DNA of 64,000 bases. It comes from Chitinophagaceae bacterium. Its GTDB lineage: Bacteria > Bacteroidota > Bacteroidia > Chitinophagales > Chitinophagaceae. The position numbers and the translations under genes were made by a program. The first letter of the stretch is position 1; the number at the start of each line of letters is the position of its first letter. Positions 27,354-36,573 of this stretch are shown piece by piece. The notes under the pieces are model-generated. The model did no database searches. It had not been told where the DNA came from and saw only the letters and a program-made list of their open reading frames with translations. The stretch spans positions 49 to 64,048 of the forward strand of contig JAYUZB010000014.1 of NCBI GenBank assembly GCA_043752185.1, given 5' to 3'.

Positions 27354-29453
27354 TTAATGATTTGGAAGCATAATCTCCACACGGGTTGTGGCTTCTGCAG
27401 TTATATTAAAAAATATGGTGGCACCTATTTTTTGAGATAAATCATCGGCGAGCCTAAGTCCAAGCCCATTCAGGCTTTTGGCATGTTCTTCACTGCTTAT
27501 GATGTGTTTATATTGTTCCTGGCTAAATACCCCGCCCTGGTTTTGAATATAGCATATCAGGCCCTCTGCTTTTTCCTGAGTGCCTATTTGTATTTCACTG
27601 TTTTCCGGCGAAGCCTTTACTGCGTTCTGCAACAGGTTCCTGATAATAGTTTGCAGGTAATATGGATCTGTTTGCACCATTACATTTTCGGCAATGGCTA
27701 TGTTGTAACTTATATTTTTTGCTTCTGTATTTAATTGCAGCAATTTTGTACAGGCATCCACTATCGGTAACAAGGCTATATGTTGCATATTGGTTTTAAA
27801 CTCATTCATCTGTGTTTTGCTCCAGAGTAATAAATCTTCCATGGTTTCCAATAAGGAGCCGGTGGCTGTTTGTATTTTAAAACTCAACTCATTTTTTTGT
27901 TGCTCATTTAATAATTGCGGGTTCAGTTGCTGCAATTTTAAAAATTGATACACCTGGCTTATGGGCGAACGCAGATCGTGGCTGATGATACTAAAGAGTT
28001 TTGCTTTGGTTTGATTTGCTTCTTCCAGGTCGGTATTGAGTTTGGCTAATGTCTTATTTTTATCATCAAGTATGTCGGCAGTTTTCTTTTTATTCCTATA
28101 AATAACAATTAATAAAACAGCAACCAGAAAGAGCAATGATAATCCGGCAATAAGCCATAGCCGTTGTTTTCGGGCAGCAGATAATTGGATGTTTTTTGTT
28201 GCGATTTGCTGTTCCTTGTTTTTATTCTGAAAAACCGCTTCCATCTCGGCAAGGTTTAATTCAATCTTCCGGTGAGTAAGCGAATCAGAAACCAATACAT
28301 ATTTAGTAAATGTGGAGGCCGCTTCATTTTTACTGCCTGCCAATATTTGAACAGCTGCCAGAGATTTTAATAAGTCGGCATATTGTTCTTTATTATAAAT
28401 AGCAGATCCCGGCTCGGCTATTTTATAATAATTGATAGCCTGTTGATAATCATTTATCGCTTTATAATAATCACCATACAATAAATTTACAGCCGAGGTT
28501 AAAATTTCTTTATTATCCAGTTTCGATTGATTATCTGCTTTATCAATATAAGTTTTGGCAAGCGGATTATCTTTTTCTTTCAATGCAAGAGAAGCCATCT
28601 CTAAATTTGAGGAGACCAGTTCAGACCATTTGCCGGGCGAAGTTTCAGCAGTTTGATGTAAGAGATTATAATATTTTAAAGCTTCTGTCTTATTATTCAA
28701 TTGTACATAACTCCTGATGAATTTACCATAAGCTGTTATGTCAACAATTTTTGAAAGATTGAGGTAAGGTTTTATTTCGTTGAGGTATTGCAGCGACTTA
28801 AGTGGTTGTTTAAGGTATAAGTATATTTCGGCAACCATCATTAAACGGGTGCCATAATCTGTTTTTAGTTTAACAGTGGTAGCAGTGTCTGCTATTGGTT
28901 TGTATAGTTCTGCACTTTTTAAAAAGTTATCCAGTGCAATGCTGTAATAAAATTTTTGTTGCTGATTATAAAGTCCCAGGTTATAGTAGATATCACTCTT
29001 GTTTTTCAAAGTATCAACAGTTTCAGCAATTTGTTTTAACAGCTGTGCTGCAGAATCAGCTTTATACTGCAAACCCATATAATGATATATGGAGATCAAA
29101 TTACCAAGCGGCTTTGTACTTTTTTCTATCATTTTTCCTCTCACCGCCTCATAATTTGCCGCTTCAAAATTTTCTTTAGCTGATGTAAAATCCTGTTTGT
29201 AATAATACCCGGTACCTATAGCCTGGTGAAACAGAAACCTGTAACTATGTTCGGATGATGTTGCAATAGACAGCCCTTGGGTGCCTATTTTTATCAGTTC
29301 ATCAAAGCTTTCGGGTTTGCCGGAAAAAGTAGCCATAATTATTTCAAGACTGCTTTTTTTTTCATCCAGCATTTGCTGGTGAGTAATTTGTTGTGCCGGG
29401 CAGCATAAAGAAAAGGTAATAAGAAATGTAGTTATGATGGATTTTAAAAACAT
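27354..29453 (-). CDS. Membrane sensor histidine kinase with periplasmic TPR-like domain
   Basis: Start MFLKSII; signal peptide; TM LWLIAGLSLLFLVAVLLIVIY; H-box SHDLRSP; N-box NLLQNAVK; GLGL. Confidence 0.85.
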   Translation of the reverse strand: MFLKSIITTFLITFSLCCPAQQITHQQMLDEKKSSLEIIMATFSGKPESFDELIKIGTQGLSIATSSEHSYRFLFHQAIGTGYYYKQDFTSAKENFEAANYEAVRGKMIEKSTKPLGNLISIYHYMGLQYKADSAAQLLKQIAETVDTLKNKSDIYYNLGLYNQQQKFYYSIALDNFLKSAELYKPIADTATTVKLKTDYGTRLMMVAEIYLYLKQPLKSLQYLNEIKPYLNLSKIVDITAYGKFIRSYVQLNNKTEALKYYNLLHQTAETSPGKWSELVSSNLEMASLALKEKDNPLAKTYIDKADNQSKLDNKEILTSAVNLLYGDYYKAINDYQQAINYYKIAEPGSAIYNKEQYADLLKSLAAVQILAGSKNEAASTFTKYVLVSDSLTHRKIELNLAEMEAVFQNKNKEQQIATKNIQLSAARKQRLWLIAGLSLLFLVAVLLIVIYRNKKKTADILDDKNKTLAKLNTDLEEANQTKAKLFSIISHDLRSPISQVYQFLKLQQLNPQLLNEQQKNELSFKIQTATGSLLETMEDLLLWSKTQMNEFKTNMQHIALLPIVDACTKLLQLNTEAKNISYNIAIAENVMVQTDPYYLQTIIRNLLQNAVKASPENSEIQIGTQEKAEGLICYIQNQGGVFSQEQYKHIISSEEHAKSLNGLGLRLADDLSQKIGATIFFNITAEATTRVEIMLPNH

Positions 29454-29461
29454 AGTATTGG

Positions 29462-30175
29462 CTAAATAAGTTTTAACTGGGCTATCGAAGCTCTGTATGT
29501 TTTTCCAATGGGAATTTCTATATCTCCGCATACAATTTTATTGGAATGTAGTTCTCTTATTTTTTTAATTGCTACGGCATAGCTCCTGTGCACCCGTAAA
29601 AAATTATTGTTTGTAATTTTTTCAAGAAATCCGGATAAAGTGGCTAAGGTCAGGTAATTTTTCTTTTCAGTTACTATTTTTGTATAGTCCTGCATGGCTT
29701 CCAGGTAAATAATATCCTGTTGCGGAAGTTTTATCTGGCTATACCCGTCTTTTATTATTAACGATTCTTTTTCAAAAAGAACTTCATACAAAATTGCCTT
29801 TTGTTTCATCTCCCAATATTCTTCAATCCGCCTTGCGGTGATTAATAACCTTTCAGCAGTTAAGGGTTTTAAAATATAATCTAATGCAGAAAGTTCAAAG
29901 CCTTCTAAAGCAAATTCAGGATGTGAGGTAATAAAAATGGCAATAGGCACTTTTTGCTTCAGTTTTCTCAAAATATCTAAACCGCTTAGTTCAGGCATTT
30001 CTATATCAAGAAAAATTAAGTCGGGTTTTAACATTTCTGCAGCGGCTAATCCTTCGGCAGGGGTTGCAAAGCTGCCACAATGCACAAGAAAGGGAAATGC
30101 AGCTGAATATTCCTTTAAAATCAACAGATCTACGGTATTATCATCAATTGCTATATAACGAACAGTTGTTTCCAT
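29462..30175 (-). CDS. LytTR-family response regulator
   Basis: IDD, FLDIEMPELSG, DYILKP; LytTR motif FLRVHRSY. Confidence 0.92.
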   Translation of the reverse strand: METTVRYIAIDDNTVDLLILKEYSAAFPFLVHCGSFATPAEGLAAAEMLKPDLIFLDIEMPELSGLDILRKLKQKVPIAIFITSHPEFALEGFELSALDYILKPLTAERLLITARRIEEYWEMKQKAILYEVLFEKESLIIKDGYSQIKLPQQDIIYLEAMQDYTKIVTEKKNYLTLATLSGFLEKITNNNFLRVHRSYAVAIKKIRELHSNKIVCGDIEIPIGKTYRASIAQLKLI

Positions 30176-30327
30176 TCAGTACAGATTAGTAAAATCAAAT
30201 TTAAGTGTTTTACTAAACGCTATTTTAAAAAAAATGATTATTAACTAAACCAACTATAACAATTATGCGTATATAGTGTAGTTAAGCTATCAACAGGTTT
30301 CATGTTGGTTGTTTTAAGGGTTAAAGA

Positions 30328-30356
30328 AATTCCCTCCTGTTCTCGGGAGGGGATTT
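30328..30356. terminator. GC-rich hairpin (TCCCTCC...GGGAGGGGA)
   Basis: Stem-loop in the intergenic region with A/T-rich flanks. Confidence 0.55.
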
Positions 30357-30462
30357 ACATTTTGTATGTGTCAGGCCACTACAAATACGTTTAATTCCAG
30401 TCATGACTTAACTGGCAAATACAGCTTTTAGTTTTAAGGTTACTTTTAGTGGCCAGACAGAA

Positions 30463-30927
30463 CTATCTTTTCCTATCCATCCAATCCACTTCCTTTTTTG
30501 TAGTAAATGCCTGTACAATGGCAATTAAAAAAAGCACCGCAACATTACCTGCCAGGTAAGTAAGGCCGAGACCGTGATAGCCTGTTATATCTGTCTTGAA
30601 TTTGGTAAAGAAGGCAATCATATCAAAAACCAATACAACTAGACTGGTTAAAAATCCTGCAACAAATATAACTTGAGATATAATTTTTACGGCTTTCGCA
30701 GGATGCCTTTTGGTTCTCTTAAAGAAGATATAATAAACTGTCATAAAAACAGCCGGTGTTAGCGATACTACTCCTAAGCCAAAAGTAATATCAGCCACCG
30801 TAGAAGAAACCAGTTTTGAGATGCCGTAAAATGCCGCAATTACCAATCCCAATAACACAGGTATGCAAAGAAAAAGCAAAAATATAAGTGCGTACAGTTT
30901 AGAATATTTAATAAACCTGTCTTCCAT
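30463..30927 (-). CDS. Hypothetical membrane protein (about 4 TM segments)
   Basis: Hydrophobic segments; follows the M42 peptidase gene. Confidence 0.7.
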   Translation of the reverse strand: MEDRFIKYSKLYALIFLLFLCIPVLLGLVIAAFYGISKLVSSTVADITFGLGVVSLTPAVFMTVYYIFFKRTKRHPAKAVKIISQVIFVAGFLTSLVVLVFDMIAFFTKFKTDITGYHGLGLTYLAGNVAVLFLIAIVQAFTTKKEVDWMDRKR

Positions 30928-30973
30928 CTTGTGTGATTATTCTAAGTAAACAACAATTTCAAAAATTATAAGT

Positions 30974-32074
30974 TTAAAAATAACTCAGCTTTGTTTTTGG
31001 TGTTAATGTCAGTAATGTTTCATACATCAGTTTGATGGTGTTCTCAATATCTGATTTATGCAGCATCTCCACGGTAGTGTGCATATAGCGCAGTGGAATA
31101 GAGATTAAAGCCGACGGGCAACCATCATTGGCATAAGCAAATGAATCGGTGTCGGTACCGGTGCTTCTGCTAACGGTATTAAACTGCACATCAATTTTAT
31201 TTTTTTCGGCAGTGGCTTTTATAATATCAAGCAGTTTATTGTGAACTGCAGGCCCGTAAGTTAGCGAAGGGCCCTTACCACAACTGCATTCACCCTGTAT
31301 CATTTTATTAATCATGGGTGTAGTGGTATCATGCGTAACATCGGTGATGATGGCAATATCCGGTTTTATGCGGCGGGCAATCATTTCTGCGCCACGCAAA
31401 CCAATTTCTTCCTGTACCGCATTAACAATATATAAACCAAAAGGAAGTTTTTTCTTGTTTTCTTTCAGCAGGCGGGCTACTTCAGCAATCATAAAACCAC
31501 CAATGCGGTTGTCAAAAGCACGGCCAATCAGGTAATCGTAAGGCATTTCTTCATAACCATCTTCATAAGTTGCCACAGCACCAATATGAATGCCCAGGGC
31601 TTCCACTTCTTTTTTATTTCGGGCTCCGCAATCTAAAAACAGATTCTCAACTTTTGGTTGTGTTTCTTTATCGGCATTCATACGGGTATGTATGGCCGGC
31701 CATCCAAATACCGCCTTTACAATTCCTTTTTTACCGTGGATGATCACCCGCATGGATGGAGCAATCTGGTGATCTACACCACCATTACGTTTCAGGTAAA
31801 TCAACCCTTCAGGCGAAATATAATTTACAAACCAGCTTATTTCATCGGCATGGGCTTCTATTACAACTTTAAAAGCAGCTTCGGGATTAATAACCCCCAC
31901 CGCTGTTCCATAAGGATCGGTAAAAGTTGTATCCACATATGGTTTCAGATATTCAAGCCATAATTTTTGTCCGCTGGTTTCAAAACCTGTAGGAGAAGGA
32001 TTATTGACATAGTTTTTTAAAAAGCTGTAAGCATTGTCGGTAAGAATGCTTTTTGATTTTTTTGATTTTGCCAT
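30974..32074 (-). CDS. M42 family metallopeptidase
   Basis: AHADEI, DNR, QEEIG, DVTH, RYMHT metal ligands. Confidence 0.9.
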   Translation of the reverse strand: MAKSKKSKSILTDNAYSFLKNYVNNPSPTGFETSGQKLWLEYLKPYVDTTFTDPYGTAVGVINPEAAFKVVIEAHADEISWFVNYISPEGLIYLKRNGGVDHQIAPSMRVIIHGKKGIVKAVFGWPAIHTRMNADKETQPKVENLFLDCGARNKKEVEALGIHIGAVATYEDGYEEMPYDYLIGRAFDNRIGGFMIAEVARLLKENKKKLPFGLYIVNAVQEEIGLRGAEMIARRIKPDIAIITDVTHDTTTPMINKMIQGECSCGKGPSLTYGPAVHNKLLDIIKATAEKNKIDVQFNTVSRSTGTDTDSFAYANDGCPSALISIPLRYMHTTVEMLHKSDIENTIKLMYETLLTLTPKTKLSYF

Positions 32075-32102
32075 TTTAAAGATTTTATTGAGCCAAAATT
32101 AC

Positions 32103-32933
32103 TTAAATGCCGGCTATATAAGTTGCTAATGCCGAAAATAACATCATACCATCTACAAAAAAATAATAAAAAAGATAACTCCGTTTTTTAAGCGAATAAA
32201 AATAAACAGCCAGCAGGACCAAAGTGGAAATGTGCAGCGCTACAGATTGACTAAATGTTATTTGATAAGAACTGTATAAAAAATTAGTGGTGAAGAGTAC
32301 AAGAAAAATCAAATAAATAAATACCCTGAGGTGTGCCGGTTTTAAAACGGTTGCCAGGCTGTGCAAACCCCGTATTTTGTCAACTGCTTTATCCCTGTTA
32401 TCAAAGATGATACAAAGCATCAGCATAAAAAGAAAGCGGCGTGTAAAAACAAATAACTCGGCGCTGCTCAAAAGCAGGTAAGTTTTTTGCAATGGAATAA
32501 AAACAGTAACATAAGTCCAGGTAAATGCCAGTAAAAATGTTTTTAATACTCCTGCCTTTCTTATAAAATAAAAAGGCCTGAAAGGCAATAATGGCACGAC
32601 ATACAAACAAGTAAGCAATATTGATGTAAGAATAAACTCAACAGGAAGCGGGTATTGAAACAAACAAAAGAACACGCCAATAGCTGACAAAAATAAAATT
32701 ATCAACCCGGTCTTTTCTTTCTGTAGCACCGTGCCTAAAGTATTATCACAGGCAAAAGTGGCCTTGCTGATTATCCAGTAAAAATTATAACTGCAAAGTG
32801 TTGCAAAGAAAATAAAACCGTAAACAAACAGATTAATATTCAGTTTCAGAAGCAGCGCTGTTTGAAAAGCCAAAGCAACAGCACAAATAGCAATAAATAT
32901 TGAATGAGATAAGATGAAATGCAGCCACTTCAT
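32103..32933 (-). CDS. UbiA-prenyltransferase-like membrane protein
   Basis: Multi-TM; Asp-rich FDNRDKAVDKIRG motif; FFVDG near the C-terminus. Confidence 0.6.
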   Translation of the reverse strand: MKWLHFILSHSIFIAICAVALAFQTALLLKLNINLFVYGFIFFATLCSYNFYWIISKATFACDNTLGTVLQKEKTGLIILFLSAIGVFFCLFQYPLPVEFILTSILLTCLYVVPLLPFRPFYFIRKAGVLKTFLLAFTWTYVTVFIPLQKTYLLLSSAELFVFTRRFLFMLMLCIIFDNRDKAVDKIRGLHSLATVLKPAHLRVFIYLIFLVLFTTNFLYSSYQITFSQSVALHISTLVLLAVYFYSLKKRSYLFYYFFVDGMMLFSALATYIAGI

Positions 32934-33394
32934 TAAGGAGTTATAAAATAAACCGGATCAGTTGTCCGGATTGTATTACTTACATTTTTTGCAAAATCCC
33001 TTACATAAACTTCAAAATACAACGTATCGGTTTTGGGTCTGGGTCGGGTGCTTGCAGCAAGAAAAGAACATAAATTAATATCAATATCAGCCGAAAAATT
33101 TTTAACTGCTGCTGTACGTATATCAGGCAGTTTAACTGAGTCGAGATCGTTAGTAAGCAGGTTCTTTATAAAAACATAAGAAGTATCCCGCCCATCAATA
33201 AAGCCGAGATCCCCTTCAGCATCAGTTACACGTAAGGTTAAAACAGGTATATCCTGAAAATTGCAACTGACATTACTAAAAGCCACGTTGGGATTAATTG
33301 ATTTGAATTCAATCTGTGGAGCTGTGGTGTATTGATCTTTTTTACAGGCCGTAAAAAATAAAATAGCTATTGCAAATAGTAAACTGTATCGCAT
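32933..33394 (-). CDS. Hypothetical lipoprotein
   Basis: Lipobox FTAC-KKD; TDAEGDLG motif. Confidence 0.75.
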   Translation of the reverse strand: MRYSLLFAIAILFFTACKKDQYTTAPQIEFKSINPNVAFSNVSCNFQDIPVLTLRVTDAEGDLGFIDGRDTSYVFIKNLLTNDLDSVKLPDIRTAAVKNFSADIDINLCSFLAASTRPRPKTDTLYFEVYVRDFAKNVSNTIRTTDPVYFITP

Positions 33395-33450
33395 CTTTGT
33401 GTTTTATATGTCAAATTTAATCATTGCAGTTGAAACAAGCCGTTAAAAAT

Positions 33451-34446
33451 ATGGACTTCAAAAAAAGCATATTTGCTGCCTTGGAAGATGGTTTCAACGA
33501 ATTAGCACTTGAATTGTTCAGTCATCAATACCAACATAATATTATTTACCGGCAGTTTTGTGACACATTAAAAATAAATGCAACTGAAGTTGACGCTGTA
33601 AAAAAGATACCTTTTCTGCCCATTTCTTTTTTTAAAACACATGCAGTAAAGACAGGCACCTTTGAAACTGACACAGTATTTGAAAGCAGCGGAACCACAC
33701 AAACTACACCGGGCAGGCATTTTGTAAAAGATATTGATCTATACAGAAAAAGCTTTAACACCAGCTTCGAAAAATTTTATGGCCTGCCGCAAAACAAATG
33801 CATACTTGGCCTGTTGCCTGCTTATCTCGAAAGAAAAAATTCTTCTTTAGTATTGATGACCGATGAATTGATAAAGGCCAGCAATAACCCGTTAAGCGGT
33901 TTTTATTTATGCGATCATGAGAAACTGCACAGCACCATACTGCATAACGAATTGCTGAAACTGCCCACATTGTTAATTGGCATTACCTATGCCCTGCTTG
34001 ACTTTGCAGAAGCATATCCGATGCAGTTGCGGCATACCATTGTTATGGAAACCGGCGGCATGAAAGGCAGACGTGAAGAACTGAACCGGCCAGAAGTTCA
34101 TGCACAGTTGCAAAAGCAATTGGGGGTAAGCCTGGTTCATTCAGAGTATGGCATGACGGAATTATTATCGCAGGCTTATTCAAAGGGTGATGGAATTTTT
34201 CACTGCCCTGACTGGATGAAAATTGTATTAAGGGATGAGGATGATCCGTTTCGGATAATTACAGCTGCCGATGTGCAAAACAGATCGCAAACCGGCCTTA
34301 TTAATGTAATTGATTTGGCTAATATGCACAGTTGCAGTTTTATTGCTACCGATGATGTGGGCAGATTACATGCCAATGAAAGTTTTGAAGTGCTGGGAAG
34401 GGCCGACAGCAGTGACGTGAGAGGGTGTAGTTTGATGGTGATATAA
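33451..34446 (+). CDS. LuxE/PaaK-like acyl-protein synthetase (adenylate-forming)
   Basis: IPFLPISFFK, FESSGTT, METGGMKG, SEYGMTEL, FEVLGR...RGC; ATG at 33451. Confidence 0.85.
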   Translation: MDFKKSIFAALEDGFNELALELFSHQYQHNIIYRQFCDTLKINATEVDAVKKIPFLPISFFKTHAVKTGTFETDTVFESSGTTQTTPGRHFVKDIDLYRKSFNTSFEKFYGLPQNKCILGLLPAYLERKNSSLVLMTDELIKASNNPLSGFYLCDHEKLHSTILHNELLKLPTLLIGITYALLDFAEAYPMQLRHTIVMETGGMKGRREELNRPEVHAQLQKQLGVSLVHSEYGMTELLSQAYSKGDGIFHCPDWMKIVLRDEDDPFRIITAADVQNRSQTGLINVIDLANMHSCSFIATDDVGRLHANESFEVLGRADSSDVRGCSLMVI

Positions 34447-34517
34447 ATATTGTCAACATGTTTTTAAACCCGTTGATAAAAAAATATTTCAGGCTGAATT
34501 TTTTAATTCAATACCCT

Positions 34518-34525
34518 TATCTTTG
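34518..34525 (+). promoter_or_regulatory. -7 promoter box TATCTTTG for tRNA-Lys
   Basis: Bacteroidota consensus, about 21 bp upstream of the tRNA. Confidence 0.7.
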
Positions 34526-34546
34526 CAATCCAAAAATTAAAAAGAT

Positions 34547-34619
34547 GAATTGGTAGCTCAGTTGGTAGAGCAATACACTTTTAATGTATGGGCCCTGGGT
34601 TCGAGTCCCAGCCAGTTCA
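34547..34619 (+). tRNA. tRNA-Lys(TTT), CCA not encoded
   Basis: Acceptor GAATTGG/CCAGTTC; D-arm GCTC/GAGC; anticodon arm ATACA-ctTTTaa-TGTAT; T-arm CTGGG-TTCGAGT-CCCAG. Confidence 0.95.
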
Positions 34620-34620
34620 C

Positions 34621-34648
34621 AAAACCCCCGCTTTCGGGGGTTTTTTAT
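34621..34648 (+). terminator. Intrinsic terminator after tRNA-Lys
   Basis: AAAACCCCCG-cttt-CGGGGGTTTTTT. Confidence 0.85.
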
Positions 34649-34704
34649 TTAGTAAATTTGTGTTTAGCAGGTTAATCAGGCTATTTTTGTAATAAGTATT
34701 AAAT

Positions 34705-35517
34705 ATGAATGCAGATTTTTTCAAAAACAAAGTAGTAGTTATTACCGGTGGCAGCGATGGCATTGGTAAAGCTTTGGTAGATACACTCATTCCCCTTGGA
34801 GCCAAAGTGGCAACCTGTGCCCGCAACCAGGATAAATTATACGATCTGCAGTTGCTGCATTCGGGCAAATCGTTACATACCATGGTGGCCGATGTAAGCA
34901 GCTACAACGATTGCAAAAATTTTATTGAAAGCACCATTGAATTTTATGGTGGCATAGATATTCTTATAAACAATGCCGGTATTTCTATGAGGGCGCTGGT
35001 GAAGGACCTTGATGTGGAGGTTATAGAAAAAGTGATGGATATTAATTTTAAAGGAACCTTGTATTGCACTAAACTGGCACTTGATTCGATTATAGAACGC
35101 AAAGGAAGTATAGTGGGTGTATCTTCCATTGCCGGATACCGGGGGTTGCCCGGCCGCAGCGGCTACTCGGCCAGTAAGTATGCAGTAACTGGTTTTTTAG
35201 AAGCCTTACGAACCGAGATGATAGACAGTGGTGTAAATGTAATGTGGGTTTGTCCGGGCTTTACCTCTTCAAATATCCGCTATAGGGCGTTAAATAAAAA
35301 AGGTAATTCGCAGGGCCAAAGCCCGATGGATGAAGGAAAAATGATGAGTTCGGAAAAATGTGCAACACATATTTTACATGCCATTGAAAAAAGAAAAAGA
35401 ACCCTGATACTTACTTTCAGAGGAAAGCAAACTGTTTTTTTGAATAGGTTTTTTCCTTCGCTGGCAGATAAACTGGTAAAAAAATTCTTCTTTAAAAACG
35501 GAGAATTGGTACGTTAG
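34705..35517 (+). CDS. Short-chain dehydrogenase/reductase
   Basis: TGGSDGIG, NNAG, YSASK. Confidence 0.9.
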   Translation: MNADFFKNKVVVITGGSDGIGKALVDTLIPLGAKVATCARNQDKLYDLQLLHSGKSLHTMVADVSSYNDCKNFIESTIEFYGGIDILINNAGISMRALVKDLDVEVIEKVMDINFKGTLYCTKLALDSIIERKGSIVGVSSIAGYRGLPGRSGYSASKYAVTGFLEALRTEMIDSGVNVMWVCPGFTSSNIRYRALNKKGNSQGQSPMDEGKMMSSEKCATHILHAIEKRKRTLILTFRGKQTVFLNRFFPSLADKLVKKFFFKNGELVR

Positions 35518-35608
35518 CAGTTAAATTGGCTGAAACGCAAATCTCGTTATTTAGGAGTGCGTTTTAAACCATTAACTTTTAACTATTAACTATTAACCAA
35601 AACAAAAA

Positions 35609-36436
35609 ATGTCTTTACTAACCCTTACCTCCGATATTGGCCAGCAGGATTTTCTTATTGGCGCTGTTAAGGGTCAATTGTTACAAACAAACCCTGCTTT
35701 TTCTTTAGTTGATATTACGCACAACCTTTCTCCGTTTAATTATCCGCAGTCGGCCTATGTTTGCCGCAATGCTATCAAAAATTTTCCGGCAGGTACTTTT
35801 CATTTAATACTGGTTAATTTATTTGATGAAAAACCCGAACATCTTTTAATGGCTGAGCACAATGGCCATTTTATTGCTTGTGCAGATAATGGTTTATTAT
35901 CCATGATACTGGAAGAAGTGCCGCAAAAAACCGTGGCACTTGCTTTAGATAAAAATCAACAGAAAAATACCCTTTACTGTGCTTCGGTATTTGCCCATGC
36001 ATTTAACGAGTTGCACAATGGAAAAAAGATTGAAGACATTGGTGATGCCGGCGTTTCCATTCATGTTAAAAATCCTTTAAGGCCCATGTTGGGCAACGAT
36101 TATATTGAAGGGCAGATTATTTTTATAGATAATTTTGAGAACGTGATTGTAAACATTAACAAAGACGAGTTTGAAGAACAGCGAAAAGGACGAAGCTTTA
36201 AAATTGTATTTAAACGAGATGAAGTAATTGATAAAATAAGCGAAACCTATGCTGATGTGCCCGAAGGTGAAAAACTGGCATTGTTTAATGCGGCCGGTTA
36301 CCTGGAGATAGCCATCAACAAAGGAAATGCAGCCGGGCTATTGGGTTTACAGGGCTTCTCGGAAAAACAATTACAGCAAAGCCAATATATGAACAGCCGG
36401 CTTTTTTATCAAACGGTGAAAGTGTATTTTGAGTAA
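35609..36436 (+). CDS. SAM hydroxide adenosyltransferase (DUF62, chlorinase/fluorinase-like family)
   Basis: LTLTSDIG..D, VDITH, ADNGLL, IDNFEN, GYLEIAINKG. Confidence 0.85.
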   Translation: MSLLTLTSDIGQQDFLIGAVKGQLLQTNPAFSLVDITHNLSPFNYPQSAYVCRNAIKNFPAGTFHLILVNLFDEKPEHLLMAEHNGHFIACADNGLLSMILEEVPQKTVALALDKNQQKNTLYCASVFAHAFNELHNGKKIEDIGDAGVSIHVKNPLRPMLGNDYIEGQIIFIDNFENVIVNINKDEFEEQRKGRSFKIVFKRDEVIDKISETYADVPEGEKLALFNAAGYLEIAINKGNAAGLLGLQGFSEKQLQQSQYMNSRLFYQTVKVYFE

Positions 36437-36443
36437 AGCAGAC

Positions 36444-36573
36444 ACCCCCTCCGCCCCCTGAAGGGGGAACTTTAGAGAATAAATATTTGAACATCCTTTT
36501 TTAATAGATAGTTGAATGAGCATTAATATTACTAACAACAAAACACAATTATCCCCCTTTAGGGGTTAGGGGC
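36444..36573. repeat. Paired inverted GC-rich REP-like palindromes (BIME/MITE-like)
   Basis: ACCCCCTCCGCCCCCTGAAGGGGGAAC at 36444-36470 and TCCCCCTTTAGGGGTTAGGGGC at 36552-36573. Confidence 0.7.

Noticed and set aside
33451-34446. Bioluminescence locus
   Set aside because: No luxAB, luxC or luxD in the window; standalone LuxE-like genes are common in Bacteroidota.
35609-36436. Halogenase (fluorinase/chlorinase) biosynthetic gene
   Set aside because: Most DUF62 members are SAM hydrolases, and there is no biosynthetic cluster context.
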